Below are positions 19,376-28,502 of a stretch of 59,652 nucleotides of DNA, in pieces. The notes beneath the pieces were generated by a model. The model had not been told where the DNA came from and ran no database searches. It saw only the letters and a list, made by a program, of their open reading frames with translations. The translations under genes were made by a program, and so were the position numbers. Source of the DNA: Burkholderiales bacterium (lineage in GTDB: Bacteria; Pseudomonadota; Gammaproteobacteria; Burkholderiales; SG8-41); assembly GCA_036398235.1 (NCBI GenBank), contig DASWHI010000140.1, positions 1-59,652 of the forward strand, given 5' to 3'. Each line of letters starts with the position of its first letter. Position 1 is the stretch's first letter.

Positions 19376-20092
19376 TCAGGCCTTTGTCCGCGAAATCCCG
19401 TAACGGAACGGAAAAAACCACTGAATCTTGCATTGCGACAGCGGAATTCCCGCCTTGCCTAACATCGCCCGCCATTCGGCCGCGGTAAAGCCGCGAGTCA
19501 CGGAAACCGGACCGTCGTTACGGACCATCCCGTTCACGGGCGCGAGGAAAAGAAGGCATTTGGCAACCAAATAAGGCAGCGGATGGCGGTGCAGATCCAT
19601 GATGAACCATCCCCGCGCGGCGCGATCATCCAGCAGCCGCAATAACCGTACCACCTCTGCTACTTTCAGGTGGTGCGTCATATGTGAATTGATAATGAAG
19701 TCGGGTTTTTGCGAGAGAGCGGGCGCGAAGACGTCAGCGGTCCGGTAATCGATGCGCATGTAACCGGACGTTGATTTTTCCGCAGCCGGCTTTGACCAGG
19801 GATTGATGTCCACGCCCTGAAGCCGCAGGTCCATGTTCCTGCGCCGGGCCCGCTTCCAGATTGCGCGCAGAAGGGCGCCGCGGCCGCAGCCGACATCGAG
19901 AACGGTCAGTGGAAGTCCTGCCGGTGCCGCCGCAGCCTGCTGTTCCAGCCAGGCCAGCACGGGACGATAGCCAAGAGTCAGGCGGTTCACGGCTTCAATT
20001 TGGCGCAGGCTTTCATCAAAGCAGGCGAAAGACGTCATGCCTGCGTCCATGAGCTCCGCCTGCGCGCTGCGCTCGGCAAAATCCGGCAGCAT
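19376..20092 (-). CDS. Class I SAM-dependent methyltransferase
   Basis: 238 aa with the VLDVGCGRGALL motif. Its ATG overlaps the PKS stop (ATGA). Confidence 0.75.
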   Translation of the reverse strand: MLPDFAERSAQAELMDAGMTSFACFDESLRQIEAVNRLTLGYRPVLAWLEQQAAAAPAGLPLTVLDVGCGRGALLRAIWKRARRRNMDLRLQGVDINPWSKPAAEKSTSGYMRIDYRTADVFAPALSQKPDFIINSHMTHHLKVAEVVRLLRLLDDRAARGWFIMDLHRHPLPYLVAKCLLFLAPVNGMVRNDGPVSVTRGFTAAEWRAMLGKAGIPLSQCKIQWFFPFRYGISRTKA

Positions 20093-21153
20093 CAGGCCGC
20101 CTGCTGAAACAGCATGCTCTCGACGGTAAGCCCGGGGCCGAACGCCATGCCGCAGCCGCGTCCCTTGCCCTGCTCCATGATCTTCTTCAGCACGAACATG
20201 ATTGTGGCTGAAGACATGTTGCCGAACCGGCGCAGGATCTCGCGTGAGGCGCGAAGCGTGTCTTCCTCTATTCCCGCGCCTTCCCGGACGGCGTCGAGAA
20301 TGGTGCGTCCGCCTGGATGGACGGCCCAGTGGCGGAAATGATCGGTCCTGCCGCCCGCAAGGATGTCTGGCAGGCAGTCGGGCAGGCCCGCAGCGATGGT
20401 CCGGGGGACTTCTCCCGACAGCCGCATGTCGAAGCCGCTGCCGCCGATCGACCAGGTTATCTGATCGCCGCTGCTCGGCAGCACCGCTGAATGGAAACTC
20501 TGCAGTTCGATACCTGCGGGGTCCGCCGAGACGATGCTGGCGGAGCAGCCGTCCGCGAAGATGAGGAAGGACAGCATCTGCTCAAGGCTGCCGGTCTCTT
20601 TCAGATGCAGCGTGCACAGCTCCAGATTGAGGATGAGGACGCGCGCGCCCGGTTCCGAGCGCACGATGTGACGCGCGAGCTTCAGCGCGTTCATGCCCGC
20701 ATAGCAGCCCATGAACCCGACGATAGTGCGCTCGACAGAGGACTTCAGTCCGTAATGGCCGATAACCTCGATGTCGATGCCTGGCGCATAAAAGCCTGTG
20801 CAGGTGGTGATGATAAGGTGCGTGATCTCGTCCTTCATGTCGGCCAGCTTCAGCCCATCGAGCGCCTGGCGCGCGAGCGGAAAGGCATCCCGCTGGTAGA
20901 CCTGCATGCGGCGCTCCGTGTCGGGAAAGCGATTCCGCCGGTAAAAGCCGTCCACATCCAGTTGCGCGGGTTCGGGATGGGGCTTCAGCGAGGAGTAGCG
21001 GTGGTCGATCTGGCAGCGTTCAGCCATGCGCCGGAACAAGCCGCGGCTGCGGTCGTCCTCCAGCAGGGAAGGCGCGAAGTCGATGAATTTCCGATGGATG
21101 TCGTTCGCGGGAACCGCCAGAGAAATATCGTTCAGGTACGCGTCTTTTTTCAT
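20092..21153 (-). CDS. Type III polyketide synthase (chalcone/stilbene synthase family)
   Basis: Catalytic Cys in ITTCTGFYAPG, His in WAVHPGG, Asn in FGNMSSAT. Start set at the second ATG, 7 nt after GGAG. Confidence 0.9.
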   Translation of the reverse strand: MKKDAYLNDISLAVPANDIHRKFIDFAPSLLEDDRSRGLFRRMAERCQIDHRYSSLKPHPEPAQLDVDGFYRRNRFPDTERRMQVYQRDAFPLARQALDGLKLADMKDEITHLIITTCTGFYAPGIDIEVIGHYGLKSSVERTIVGFMGCYAGMNALKLARHIVRSEPGARVLILNLELCTLHLKETGSLEQMLSFLIFADGCSASIVSADPAGIELQSFHSAVLPSSGDQITWSIGGSGFDMRLSGEVPRTIAAGLPDCLPDILAGGRTDHFRHWAVHPGGRTILDAVREGAGIEEDTLRASREILRRFGNMSSATIMFVLKKIMEQGKGRGCGMAFGPGLTVESMLFQQAA

Positions 21154-21226
21154 ATGCATGCTCCACGCCGGGTTGCTGCCGTCATCACACAACGTCCCGG
21201 AGGCGTTATCGTTCCGATAATAGAAA

Positions 21227-21970
21227 TTATTGTGCAGCGATCTTCCTGACAACAATCATTTCAGTGATGCCGAAGAAATATCGGCGGGAGGTTACGATCA
21301 CAAAACCCTTGTCCCGGAACATGCGCCGCAACCGGTCCCGATCGGGAAAACATTGCAGGCTCTCGGCGATGTAACCGTAGACATCGGGATTCCGGTGCAG
21401 CAGCAGTCCCCAGAATCCTCCCCATCCCTTGAGAATCCAGTAATGCAGGCGCCGGGGCAGCCGCGCGGCGGGTTTCGAGAAATCCAGAAGGGCGGCGGCG
21501 CCGCCCGGCTTGAGCACGCGGCTGATCTCGTCGATCGCGGTTCCAAGATCCGGCGCGTTCCGCAGCGCATAGCCGCCGCTGATGATGTCCACGGACCCGC
21601 CTGCGAATCCTAGGCACCCCATGTCCTGGTTGACGAAGCGGACGTTGTGATATGTATTGCGGCTTCGCGCGAGATCGAGCATCCCCTCCGTGATGTCCAG
21701 GCCCACGACGCGGCCTGTCGGGTATTTTTCGGCGAGCAGAAACGCGATGTCGCCCGTTCCGCAGGCAAGATCCACGCAAAGCGGCGCCTCGCGTGGCGGC
21801 AGCGCAGCGATAAGGTCGCGCTTCCAGGACGCATCGCGCCAGAAGGAGAGGGCGCGCGTGATGAAGTCGTAGCGGGGCGCGATCTCGGCAAAGACTTTTT
21901 TGTTGTAATCTTTCTTGGCTTCCGCCGTCCTGAGGCAATCGCCGATTCTCAGCGTGAACCGCTGTGCCAT
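21227..21970 (-). CDS. UbiE/MenG-family SAM-dependent methyltransferase
   Basis: KVFAEIAPRYDFITRALSFWRDASWKR, VDLACGTGD, GGYALRN and LKPGG motifs. Start at MAQRF. Confidence 0.8.
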   Translation of the reverse strand: MAQRFTLRIGDCLRTAEAKKDYNKKVFAEIAPRYDFITRALSFWRDASWKRDLIAALPPREAPLCVDLACGTGDIAFLLAEKYPTGRVVGLDITEGMLDLARSRNTYHNVRFVNQDMGCLGFAGGSVDIISGGYALRNAPDLGTAIDEISRVLKPGGAAALLDFSKPAARLPRRLHYWILKGWGGFWGLLLHRNPDVYGYIAESLQCFPDRDRLRRMFRDKGFVIVTSRRYFFGITEMIVVRKIAAQ

Positions 21971-22050
21971 GACATGCATCTTACTACACGCCACATGGCG
22001 CCCCCAGATGCGATATATTGCATTCGCTGTCGGAACTGTTTTGCGGCGGA

Positions 22051-22079
22051 GAAGATGAGCGCGAAGCTCCTGCGCGGCA
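22051..22079 (+). repeat. Direct repeat copy 2 (duplicated coxS 3'-end fragment)
   Basis: gaagatgagcgcgaagctcctgcgcggca. In frame it reads KMSAKLLRG, as does the coxS C-terminus. Confidence 0.9.
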
Positions 22080-22089
22080 GGAAGACGTG

Positions 22090-23346
22090 ATGCCAACCCG
22101 GGACCCCACCACGGCAGCAGGCGCTGCCGGCAGATATTCCGCCATCACGTGGGCCGTCGTCGGGCTGGCGCTCGTACTCTATTACCCCGCGTTCAGCACC
22201 GGCTACGGCGGAACGGCCATATTCCTGCTGGCCGGGGACTGTATGTTGCAGGGGGAGCGGCTGGCGGCGTGCTCTCCCGGCTATTCGTACCCGCCGTTTT
22301 TCGCTTTTTTCCTGATCCCCCTCTCGCTCCTGCCGCTGTGGGCCGGGAAACTGGCCTGGTACGGGGTTGTTATCGCGACCACCTACGGCTGTTTCAGGAT
22401 ATGCGAAACGCTGACGATCGGGTCGTTCGCGTTGACGCGGAAGGAGCTCGTGTGGGTGAGGCTCTTCACGGTGATCCTGAGTTTCAAATTCGTGATGGCG
22501 GTATTCGCGAACCAGGCCTACGACAGCCTCGTCTTCTTCTTCCTTCTCCTGGGGCTATACGGCTTGTCGGAAAACAAGACTTTCCTGGGCGCATTCGGGA
22601 TGGCCGCCGCTGCGGCGCTTAAGGCGACACCGCTCCTGATGCTCCTCTATCCCCTGCTGCATCGGAAATGGAAGCTCTTCGCGCTGGGCGTCGCGCTGTG
22701 CGCGGTCCTTTCCCTCCTGCCGGACGTTTTCTTTCCGCCCAACCCTCCCAACGCCGGCTATCTGCGGACGTGGCTGGTGGGGTTCGCGGGCGGAGGGCTC
22801 CTGGGGACGCGCCCGGAGGAGGGATACTCCCATTTCTTTCAAGGCTCGGATAATCTCAACCAGTCACTGAAGACCTTCGTATACCGCCTGGTGGATCCAC
22901 GCAACCTGCCATGGGGCGATTTCACCGCTCAGGCGCAGGTGATCCTCTACGCCGTGTACTTTGTCTATTGCCTGACGGCGCTCGCGATCATCCTGCGATC
23001 GGTAAAGACGGAGGGCGCTCACCTGTGGGGCGCATCGGTCGTGGTCATCAGCATGCTGCTGCTCTCGCCAATTTCCAGCAAATCCCATTTCGTCGCCCTG
23101 CTGCTGCCTTACATGGCGATCGTCGCCTATCTGCTGAAGCACCGGGAGCTGTGGGCTCGCGCCGTTCCGCTCTTGTGTGCAAGCTTTGTCCTGAACGTGC
23201 TCGCCTCGCGGTGGCCGGCGGGACGCGGGCTGTCGGCCAAGATGCTGTCCCTGGGGAGCATCACGATCGCGACGCTGTTGCTGCTGGCCGTGGTGGCGGT
23301 GATCGTCTTCGGAAGACGGAAGGGACCAGGACCGGTCCCGGCGTAA
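22090..23346 (+). CDS. Polytopic membrane protein, DUF2029/GT87-like glycosyltransferase candidate
   Basis: About 418 aa with more than 10 TM segments. The family call rests on overall architecture and the N-terminal loop pattern only. Confidence 0.5.
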   Translation: MPTRDPTTAAGAAGRYSAITWAVVGLALVLYYPAFSTGYGGTAIFLLAGDCMLQGERLAACSPGYSYPPFFAFFLIPLSLLPLWAGKLAWYGVVIATTYGCFRICETLTIGSFALTRKELVWVRLFTVILSFKFVMAVFANQAYDSLVFFFLLLGLYGLSENKTFLGAFGMAAAAALKATPLLMLLYPLLHRKWKLFALGVALCAVLSLLPDVFFPPNPPNAGYLRTWLVGFAGGGLLGTRPEEGYSHFFQGSDNLNQSLKTFVYRLVDPRNLPWGDFTAQAQVILYAVYFVYCLTALAIILRSVKTEGAHLWGASVVVISMLLLSPISSKSHFVALLLPYMAIVAYLLKHRELWARAVPLLCASFVLNVLASRWPAGRGLSAKMLSLGSITIATLLLLAVVAVIVFGRRKGPGPVPA

Positions 23347-23462
23347 ACTGCCCTACCGGAACCGCGCGGATCGCGGCCGGACTCAATGTCCTATTGCAAG
23401 CGTGGTGGCACCGTAGTGAAATGGGTGCGGCGCCAGGCGCGGCGCGGGGGAGAGGGACTTCG

Positions 23463-24275
23463 ATGAGCGGTGAACCGGGCCCAGCGGGCAACCGGCCGAT
23501 GAACGATCCGGGAGAGGCGCGGCTGGTGGTCGAGAACGCGGTCGTGCGCTACGGCGATCTCCCCGTTCTGGCGGATGTCAGCCTCAAGGTCGGCAGCTCG
23601 GAGGTCGTCAGCATCGTCGGCCCGTCCGGCTGCGGCAAGACCACGCTGCTGCGCTGCGTTGGAGGGTTGACCCTGCTCAACGGCGGAATGGTCCGTATCG
23701 ACGGGCAGGTGGTCGACAGACCGTTGCCGAGCGTGTCGATGGTGTTCCAGCACTTCGGGCTCTTCCCGTGGAAGAATCTCTGGAATAACATCGCCTACGG
23801 CCTGAAGCTGCGGGGTGTGCCCAGAGACGAGATCGAACGCCGCGTCGCCGCGGCGATCGAGCTCGTCGGTCTCGGGGGGTTCGAGAAGTCGTACCCGCAC
23901 CAGCTCTCCGGCGGCATGCAGCAACGCGCGGGACTTGCGCGAGCGCTCGTGATGGAGCCCAAGCTTCTGCTCATGGACGAGCCCTTCAGCGCGGTCGATG
24001 CGCAAACGCGCGAGCAGCTCCAGTTCGAGCTGCTGCGAATCTGGGACCGCCGGCCGACCGCCATGCTGTTCGTCACGCATGCCATCGACGAGGCGGTGCT
24101 GATGGGTGACAGGGTCGTGGTACTGGCGGGGCGTCCGGCGCACATTCGATCGGTGCGCAAGGTCGATCTGCCGCGTCCACGCGACCGGACAGTGGTCTCG
24201 AGCCGGTCGTTCATCAACCTGCGGGACCAGGTCTGGCATGATTTGTTCAACCACCAAGGAGGAGAGGGAGCATGA
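23463..24275 (+). CDS. ABC transporter ATP-binding protein (NitT/TauT/SsuB-like)
   Basis: Walker A GPSGCGKTT, signature LSGGMQQR, Walker B LLLMDEPFSAVD. Confidence 0.9.
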   Translation: MSGEPGPAGNRPMNDPGEARLVVENAVVRYGDLPVLADVSLKVGSSEVVSIVGPSGCGKTTLLRCVGGLTLLNGGMVRIDGQVVDRPLPSVSMVFQHFGLFPWKNLWNNIAYGLKLRGVPRDEIERRVAAAIELVGLGGFEKSYPHQLSGGMQQRAGLARALVMEPKLLLMDEPFSAVDAQTREQLQFELLRIWDRRPTAMLFVTHAIDEAVLMGDRVVVLAGRPAHIRSVRKVDLPRPRDRTVVSSRSFINLRDQVWHDLFNHQGGEGA

Positions 24276-25339
24276 GTACAGTTAACCCAATCAGCTGCAT
24301 GCAGAGGAAATCGATGTCAGTGGCGCTCGCCGCCGTTGCGGCAATTGCGTTTGTCGTCCCCGGCGGCGCCTGGGCGCAGTCTGCCGTCAAACCAGTCCAG
24401 ATCGCGGCATCGGCCATCGGGCGTCCGCCCATCTTTTCCAACACGTTCGCCGATGTCGGCGAGGCGATGGGCTTCTGGAAGGCGGCGGGCGTCGACGTGA
24501 CCTTCCGCTGGTTTCAGCGTGGTGCCGACACCGCAAGGTCGGTCGTCACCGGCGATGTCGCAATCGGGTTCACCGCGACGCAGCCGGCTCTCAACCTGAT
24601 CGCGGGGGGAGCGCCGGTGGTGGTGATTGCCGGGATGCCCAACCAGGACTGGATCGTCGCGACGGATGATCCGGCCGTGAAGGACTGTAAGGACCTGAAA
24701 GGCAAGACGGTCGCCGCTGACGGGATCAACAACGCCCGGACTCTCTACATTGCGGCGGTGGTGGCGACGTGCGGGCTCAAACCAAGCGACTACACGATGA
24801 TCGACCTCGCCAATCAGCCCCTCGTAAGGGCCGGGATCGCCGGGCAGGTCCACTCGGGCGTGTGGCACGTCGACGAGCTCGCCCAGGTCGAGTTCAAAAC
24901 CGGCAAGAAGTGGCGCATGATCCCCGCGCCTGCGGCGATCACGAAAGGATTGCACTACGCAGTATTGCTCGCCAGCAAGAAGGCGATCGCGGAGAACCGG
25001 GAAGGACTCGTCCGCTATCTCGAGGGCTGGATCCTCACCCAGAACTTCATGTCCAGCAAGTCGCCCGCAAACAAGGTTGCGTTCGCGGCCGTGGCGGCCA
25101 ATGCGAGCCAGATCGACCTCCAGGTGGCCCTGGCATCGGTCGACGGCTACCAGGCGATCCCGTACTGGGTGAATAACGACGGCCTCGACGAGAAGCAGAT
25201 GATGAGCCAGCTGGCGCAGCTGGTGATGATCGGCTCGGTCAAGGCCGACAAGAAGCCCACCTACAAGCAGATCGTCGACAAGTCGCTCTACGCCGAGGCG
25301 ATGAAGCGGGTGACGAAGAAATACGGCAAGGTGCGGTGA
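24272..25339 (+). CDS. ABC transporter substrate-binding protein (NMT1/SsuA-like)
   Basis: Signal peptide ...AFVVPGGAWAQ. Position between the ATPase and the permeases. Start uncertain. Confidence 0.65.
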   Translation: MSTVNPISCMQRKSMSVALAAVAAIAFVVPGGAWAQSAVKPVQIAASAIGRPPIFSNTFADVGEAMGFWKAAGVDVTFRWFQRGADTARSVVTGDVAIGFTATQPALNLIAGGAPVVVIAGMPNQDWIVATDDPAVKDCKDLKGKTVAADGINNARTLYIAAVVATCGLKPSDYTMIDLANQPLVRAGIAGQVHSGVWHVDELAQVEFKTGKKWRMIPAPAAITKGLHYAVLLASKKAIAENREGLVRYLEGWILTQNFMSSKSPANKVAFAAVAANASQIDLQVALASVDGYQAIPYWVNNDGLDEKQMMSQLAQLVMIGSVKADKKPTYKQIVDKSLYAEAMKRVTKKYGKVR

Positions 25340-25374
25340 CCGGGCTCCGCTAGGCGAGGCGCGCGGGTGAGCGG

Positions 25375-26190
25375 ATGACGGCCGCCGACGGGACCGGTAC
25401 GTTCTGGCAGCGCGTCAGGCAGTTCCGGTCCGCCCGCGCGGGATGGATCCGGGTGGCCTGCTACGCGGCGAGCATCGCGCTCGTGCTCGGCGTGTGGCAG
25501 GCCTTCGGCCGCAGCTTTGGCGTGCTGTTCGTCCCCTTCACGACGACCATGAGCCAGCTCTGGGAGATGCTCCAGAGCGGCCCGCTGGTGCCGGCGCTGG
25601 GCGTGTCGGCGAAGCTCTACGGCGTCACGCTCGTCATCGATATCGTCGTCGGGGTTACGGTGGGGCTCGTGCTCGCCCGGATGAAACTGATCGCGGCCGC
25701 GCTGGAACCGTACGTCTACGTGCTCTATGCGACTCCGACGATCTCGCTCGTCCCCTTCATATCCGTGATGTTCGGTTTCGAATTCTGGTCGCGGGTGCTC
25801 GTCGCCGTGGTGATTTCGATCTTCCCGATCCTGCTGGGCACGCTGGAGGGCGCACGCAGCATTCCGCGACAGCATCTCGACGTGGCCGCGATATTCGGCT
25901 CGAACGAGCGGCAGATCTGGCGCGACGTGATCCTGCCGTACGTCGCGCCCTACGCGATGACGGGCATCAAGCAATCGATCGCACTCGCGATGGTGGGAAC
26001 GCTCGTCGCCGAGTTCTTCCTCAATCCCGACGGGGTCGCGGCGGTGCTCCTGCAGGGCACCACCATCATCGACACGGCCTGGGTGCTCGCCGTCACCATT
26101 TTCGTGGCCGCGATGGCGGTGGCGCTGGTGGGCATCGGCGAGTTGATCGAGCGGTATCTGGTCCGATGGCGGCGCACGGCGGTCGGATAG
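25375..26190 (+). CDS. ABC transporter permease
   Basis: 271 aa, 6 TM segments, with an EAA-like loop (LEGARSIPRQHLDVAAIFG). Confidence 0.8.
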   Translation: MTAADGTGTFWQRVRQFRSARAGWIRVACYAASIALVLGVWQAFGRSFGVLFVPFTTTMSQLWEMLQSGPLVPALGVSAKLYGVTLVIDIVVGVTVGLVLARMKLIAAALEPYVYVLYATPTISLVPFISVMFGFEFWSRVLVAVVISIFPILLGTLEGARSIPRQHLDVAAIFGSNERQIWRDVILPYVAPYAMTGIKQSIALAMVGTLVAEFFLNPDGVAAVLLQGTTIIDTAWVLAVTIFVAAMAVALVGIGELIERYLVRWRRTAVG

Positions 26191-26975
26191 GGCTCTCCGC
26201 TGCCCGCCCGCCGGGCTGGTGGAAACGCGTGCTTACGCCCGAGCGCATCGCGCCCGTGGTTGCGGGGGCGTTCCTGCTCGCCGTCTGGGAACTCTACGTG
26301 CGCACCCAGCTCCCGGACTTTGTCGCGACGCCGAGCGGGATCGTGATGGCAATCCCCGCCACCCTCGCCGCTCCGTCATTCTGGTCTGACACCTTCGTGA
26401 GCCTCGGCGCGATCGTGCAGGGCGTCGCGATCGGCACCGTGGCCGGTATCCTCGTCGGGGTCGCGATGGGCCGGGTGCGGGAGGTCGACTGGTTCCTGTC
26501 CACCTACCTCCGCGCGCTCTATGCCCTGCCGCTGATCGCGCTCGTGCCGATCGTCATCATCTGGGTCGGCTATCAGCCCGCGGCCCGGCTGACGATCGTC
26601 GTGATCTCGGCATTCCTGCCCGTCGCCGTCACGACGGCGGACGGCACCCGGGCGATTCCCAAGGAATACCTGGACGTCGGCAGGATGTTCGGCGCGAAGG
26701 CGCGCCACGTATGGTTCGGCATCGCGCTGCCGACGGCGTTGCCGCACATCGTGGCGGGGATCGAGCTGGGATTCGCGCGCGGAATCACGAATGCCATCGC
26801 CGTCGAGGTCCTGGCAAGCGTCCGGGGCATGGGGATGTCGGTGTTCGAAAAATCCGGCCAGTTGAACGAGAACGCCTCCCTGGTCTACGTGCTCGCTCTG
26901 GCGATATTCGCTGTCGGCATCCGGACGCTCATGGTGCGCTCCCGGCAGCGGCTCGCGCCCTGGTACAGCCGCTGA
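26166..26975 (+). CDS. ABC transporter permease (second)
   Basis: Internal ATG of ORF 25443..26975. The loop TADGTRAIPKEYLDVGRMFG parallels the first permease. Confidence 0.8.
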   Translation: MAAHGGRIGLSAARPPGWWKRVLTPERIAPVVAGAFLLAVWELYVRTQLPDFVATPSGIVMAIPATLAAPSFWSDTFVSLGAIVQGVAIGTVAGILVGVAMGRVREVDWFLSTYLRALYALPLIALVPIVIIWVGYQPAARLTIVVISAFLPVAVTTADGTRAIPKEYLDVGRMFGAKARHVWFGIALPTALPHIVAGIELGFARGITNAIAVEVLASVRGMGMSVFEKSGQLNENASLVYVLALAIFAVGIRTLMVRSRQRLAPWYSR

Positions 26976-26982
26976 TCCGATC

Positions 26983-27453
26983 CTAGTCCGCGAGCTCGAA
27001 GATCGCGTCCACCGCGACCGGGACGTTGCCGCGCAGCGCGGCGACGCCGAGGGCGGAGCGCGAGTGCCGGCCCGCCTCGCCCAGCGCCTGCACCATCAGG
27101 TCGGAGCAGCCGTCGAGGACCTTCGGCTGCTCGAAGAAGCCGGGCGCCGAGCTCACGTAGCCGCAGATCCGCACGCAGCGCTTCACGCGCGACCAGTCGC
27201 CGCCGACCGCGGCTTTTACCTGCGCCAGGATGTTGAGCCCGCACAGCCGGGCGGCCGCCTGCGCGTCTTCGAGCGCAACCTCGGTTCCGACGCGTCCGGT
27301 AAACGCGTACTTGCCGTCGCGCACCGGCGCCTGCCCGGCGATGAAGACCAGCCCTTTCGCGATCACGGAGGGCACGTAGTTCGCAGCCGGCGACGGCGCA
27401 CCGGGAAGGGTAAGGCCCAGCTTGGCCAAGCGGCCGTCGACATCATGGTTCAT
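26983..27453 (-). CDS. RidA/YjgF-family protein
   Basis: Start at MNHDVDGRLAKLGLTLP. LVFIAGQ and a C-terminal VAVDAIFEL typical of the RutC/RidA fold. The upstream part of the ORF is repeat-encoded. Confidence 0.7.
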   Translation of the reverse strand: MNHDVDGRLAKLGLTLPGAPSPAANYVPSVIAKGLVFIAGQAPVRDGKYAFTGRVGTEVALEDAQAAARLCGLNILAQVKAAVGGDWSRVKRCVRICGYVSSAPGFFEQPKVLDGCSDLMVQALGEAGRHSRSALGVAALRGNVPVAVDAIFELAD

Positions 27454-27489
27454 GGGGGTTCCCCGGTGCGTTGGCAGACTACGAATGCT

Positions 27490-27593
27490 CTCCTTCCCCC
27501 TGGATGGGGGAAGGTTGGGATGGGGGTGAAAACGTTGCCAATCATGACCCTGCTCACCCCCACCCTGGCCCTCCCCCGTCAAGGGGGAGGGAG
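27490..27593. repeat. Two adjacent G/C-rich palindromic repeats
   Basis: ctccttccccctggatgggggaaggttgggatgggggtga and ctcacccccaccctggccctcccccgtcaagggggagggag. Confidence 0.8.
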
Positions 27594-27616
27594 ATGGTCC
27601 TCATAACACGATACGT

Positions 27617-28015
27617 TTAAACGTCCTCGTCCGGGGAACGGAAGCGCGCGGCGCTGAAGTCCACGGTCAAGGCGGCAAGCGCAAGCACGAGTATCGCGCC
27701 GGTCACGGTGAGGATCTGCTCGTTCGCCAAGTCCTTGATGTCGATCGTGAGCATGCGCGTCAGCGCCGTGATCGCGACGTAGATCAGGAAGCGCACCGGC
27801 AGGCGATGGGTCTTGAAGTAGATCCCGACCATCGCACCGATCTCGAGGTAGATGAACAGCAGCAGGATATCGTGGAGCTCGGCGTATCCGCGCTGCATGG
27901 TGTCGACGTAGAAGTGGGCGGCAGACCACACGACGGTGCCGCCGATCACGAACAACGCGAGCAGGTGGAAGCACTTGACCAGTGTTTCGCCAAAAGCCTC
28001 GATCTTGGCAATCAT
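27617..28015 (-). CDS. psiE: PsiE-family (phosphate-starvation-inducible) membrane protein
   Basis: 132 aa, 4 TM segments. The FIYLEIGAMVGIYF...PVRFLIYVAITALTRMLTID pattern resembles E. coli PsiE as recalled. Confidence 0.65.
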   Translation of the reverse strand: MIAKIEAFGETLVKCFHLLALFVIGGTVVWSAAHFYVDTMQRGYAELHDILLLFIYLEIGAMVGIYFKTHRLPVRFLIYVAITALTRMLTIDIKDLANEQILTVTGAILVLALAALTVDFSAARFRSPDEDV

Positions 28016-28104
28016 CGCTGTTCCTCTCTATTGGCATGATACATACGGTGCGGGCGCTGCACGGCACTTGCCGAGCATTCTCCCTTTCGCCGCCGGTGCT
28101 CGGC

Positions 28105-28140
28105 CCCTCACCCCTTCCCCCTCTCCCGAGGGGCGAGGGG
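28105..28140. repeat. G/C-rich palindromic repeat
   Basis: ccctcaccccttccccctctcccgaggggcgagggg. Confidence 0.8.
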
Positions 28141-28239
28141 AAATGAACAGCGGTCAACGGTCTTGCAACCGTCGCCCGCAAGAATGATGGGCTCGCGCGG
28201 CTGCTTGGCGCCGCAGCGCGGGCAGAATATGTCCTTCTT

Positions 28240-28342
28240 GTGCCGTTCCAACTTATCGGGCCAATCCGATGAAATGGCGGGGGCAGGAAGCGAGATCAGT
28301 GGCATGCGGTAATCGTTTCTTCGATTTAAGTTGGAACGGCAC
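28240..28342. mobile_element. MITE-like element (15-bp perfect TIRs)
   Basis: gtgccgttccaactt (28240-28254) and aagttggaacggcac (28328-28342). An internal tcggattgg motif is shared with the 39.8-kb copy in the opposite orientation. Confidence 0.65.
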
Positions 28343-28502
28343 TTGCCGAGCGGCTGGCCGCATTCGAAGCATCTCCGCAGGAAAAGCATGAGGCGTGAGA
28401 ACTGACAGGTGATGATGGTAGCGCAGGGCCGGCGCGGTCTCAATGCGGTAAACTCCGCTCTCTCCGCTTCAACACCAACAGCCGACCCCGACGAGGAGCG
28501 AC

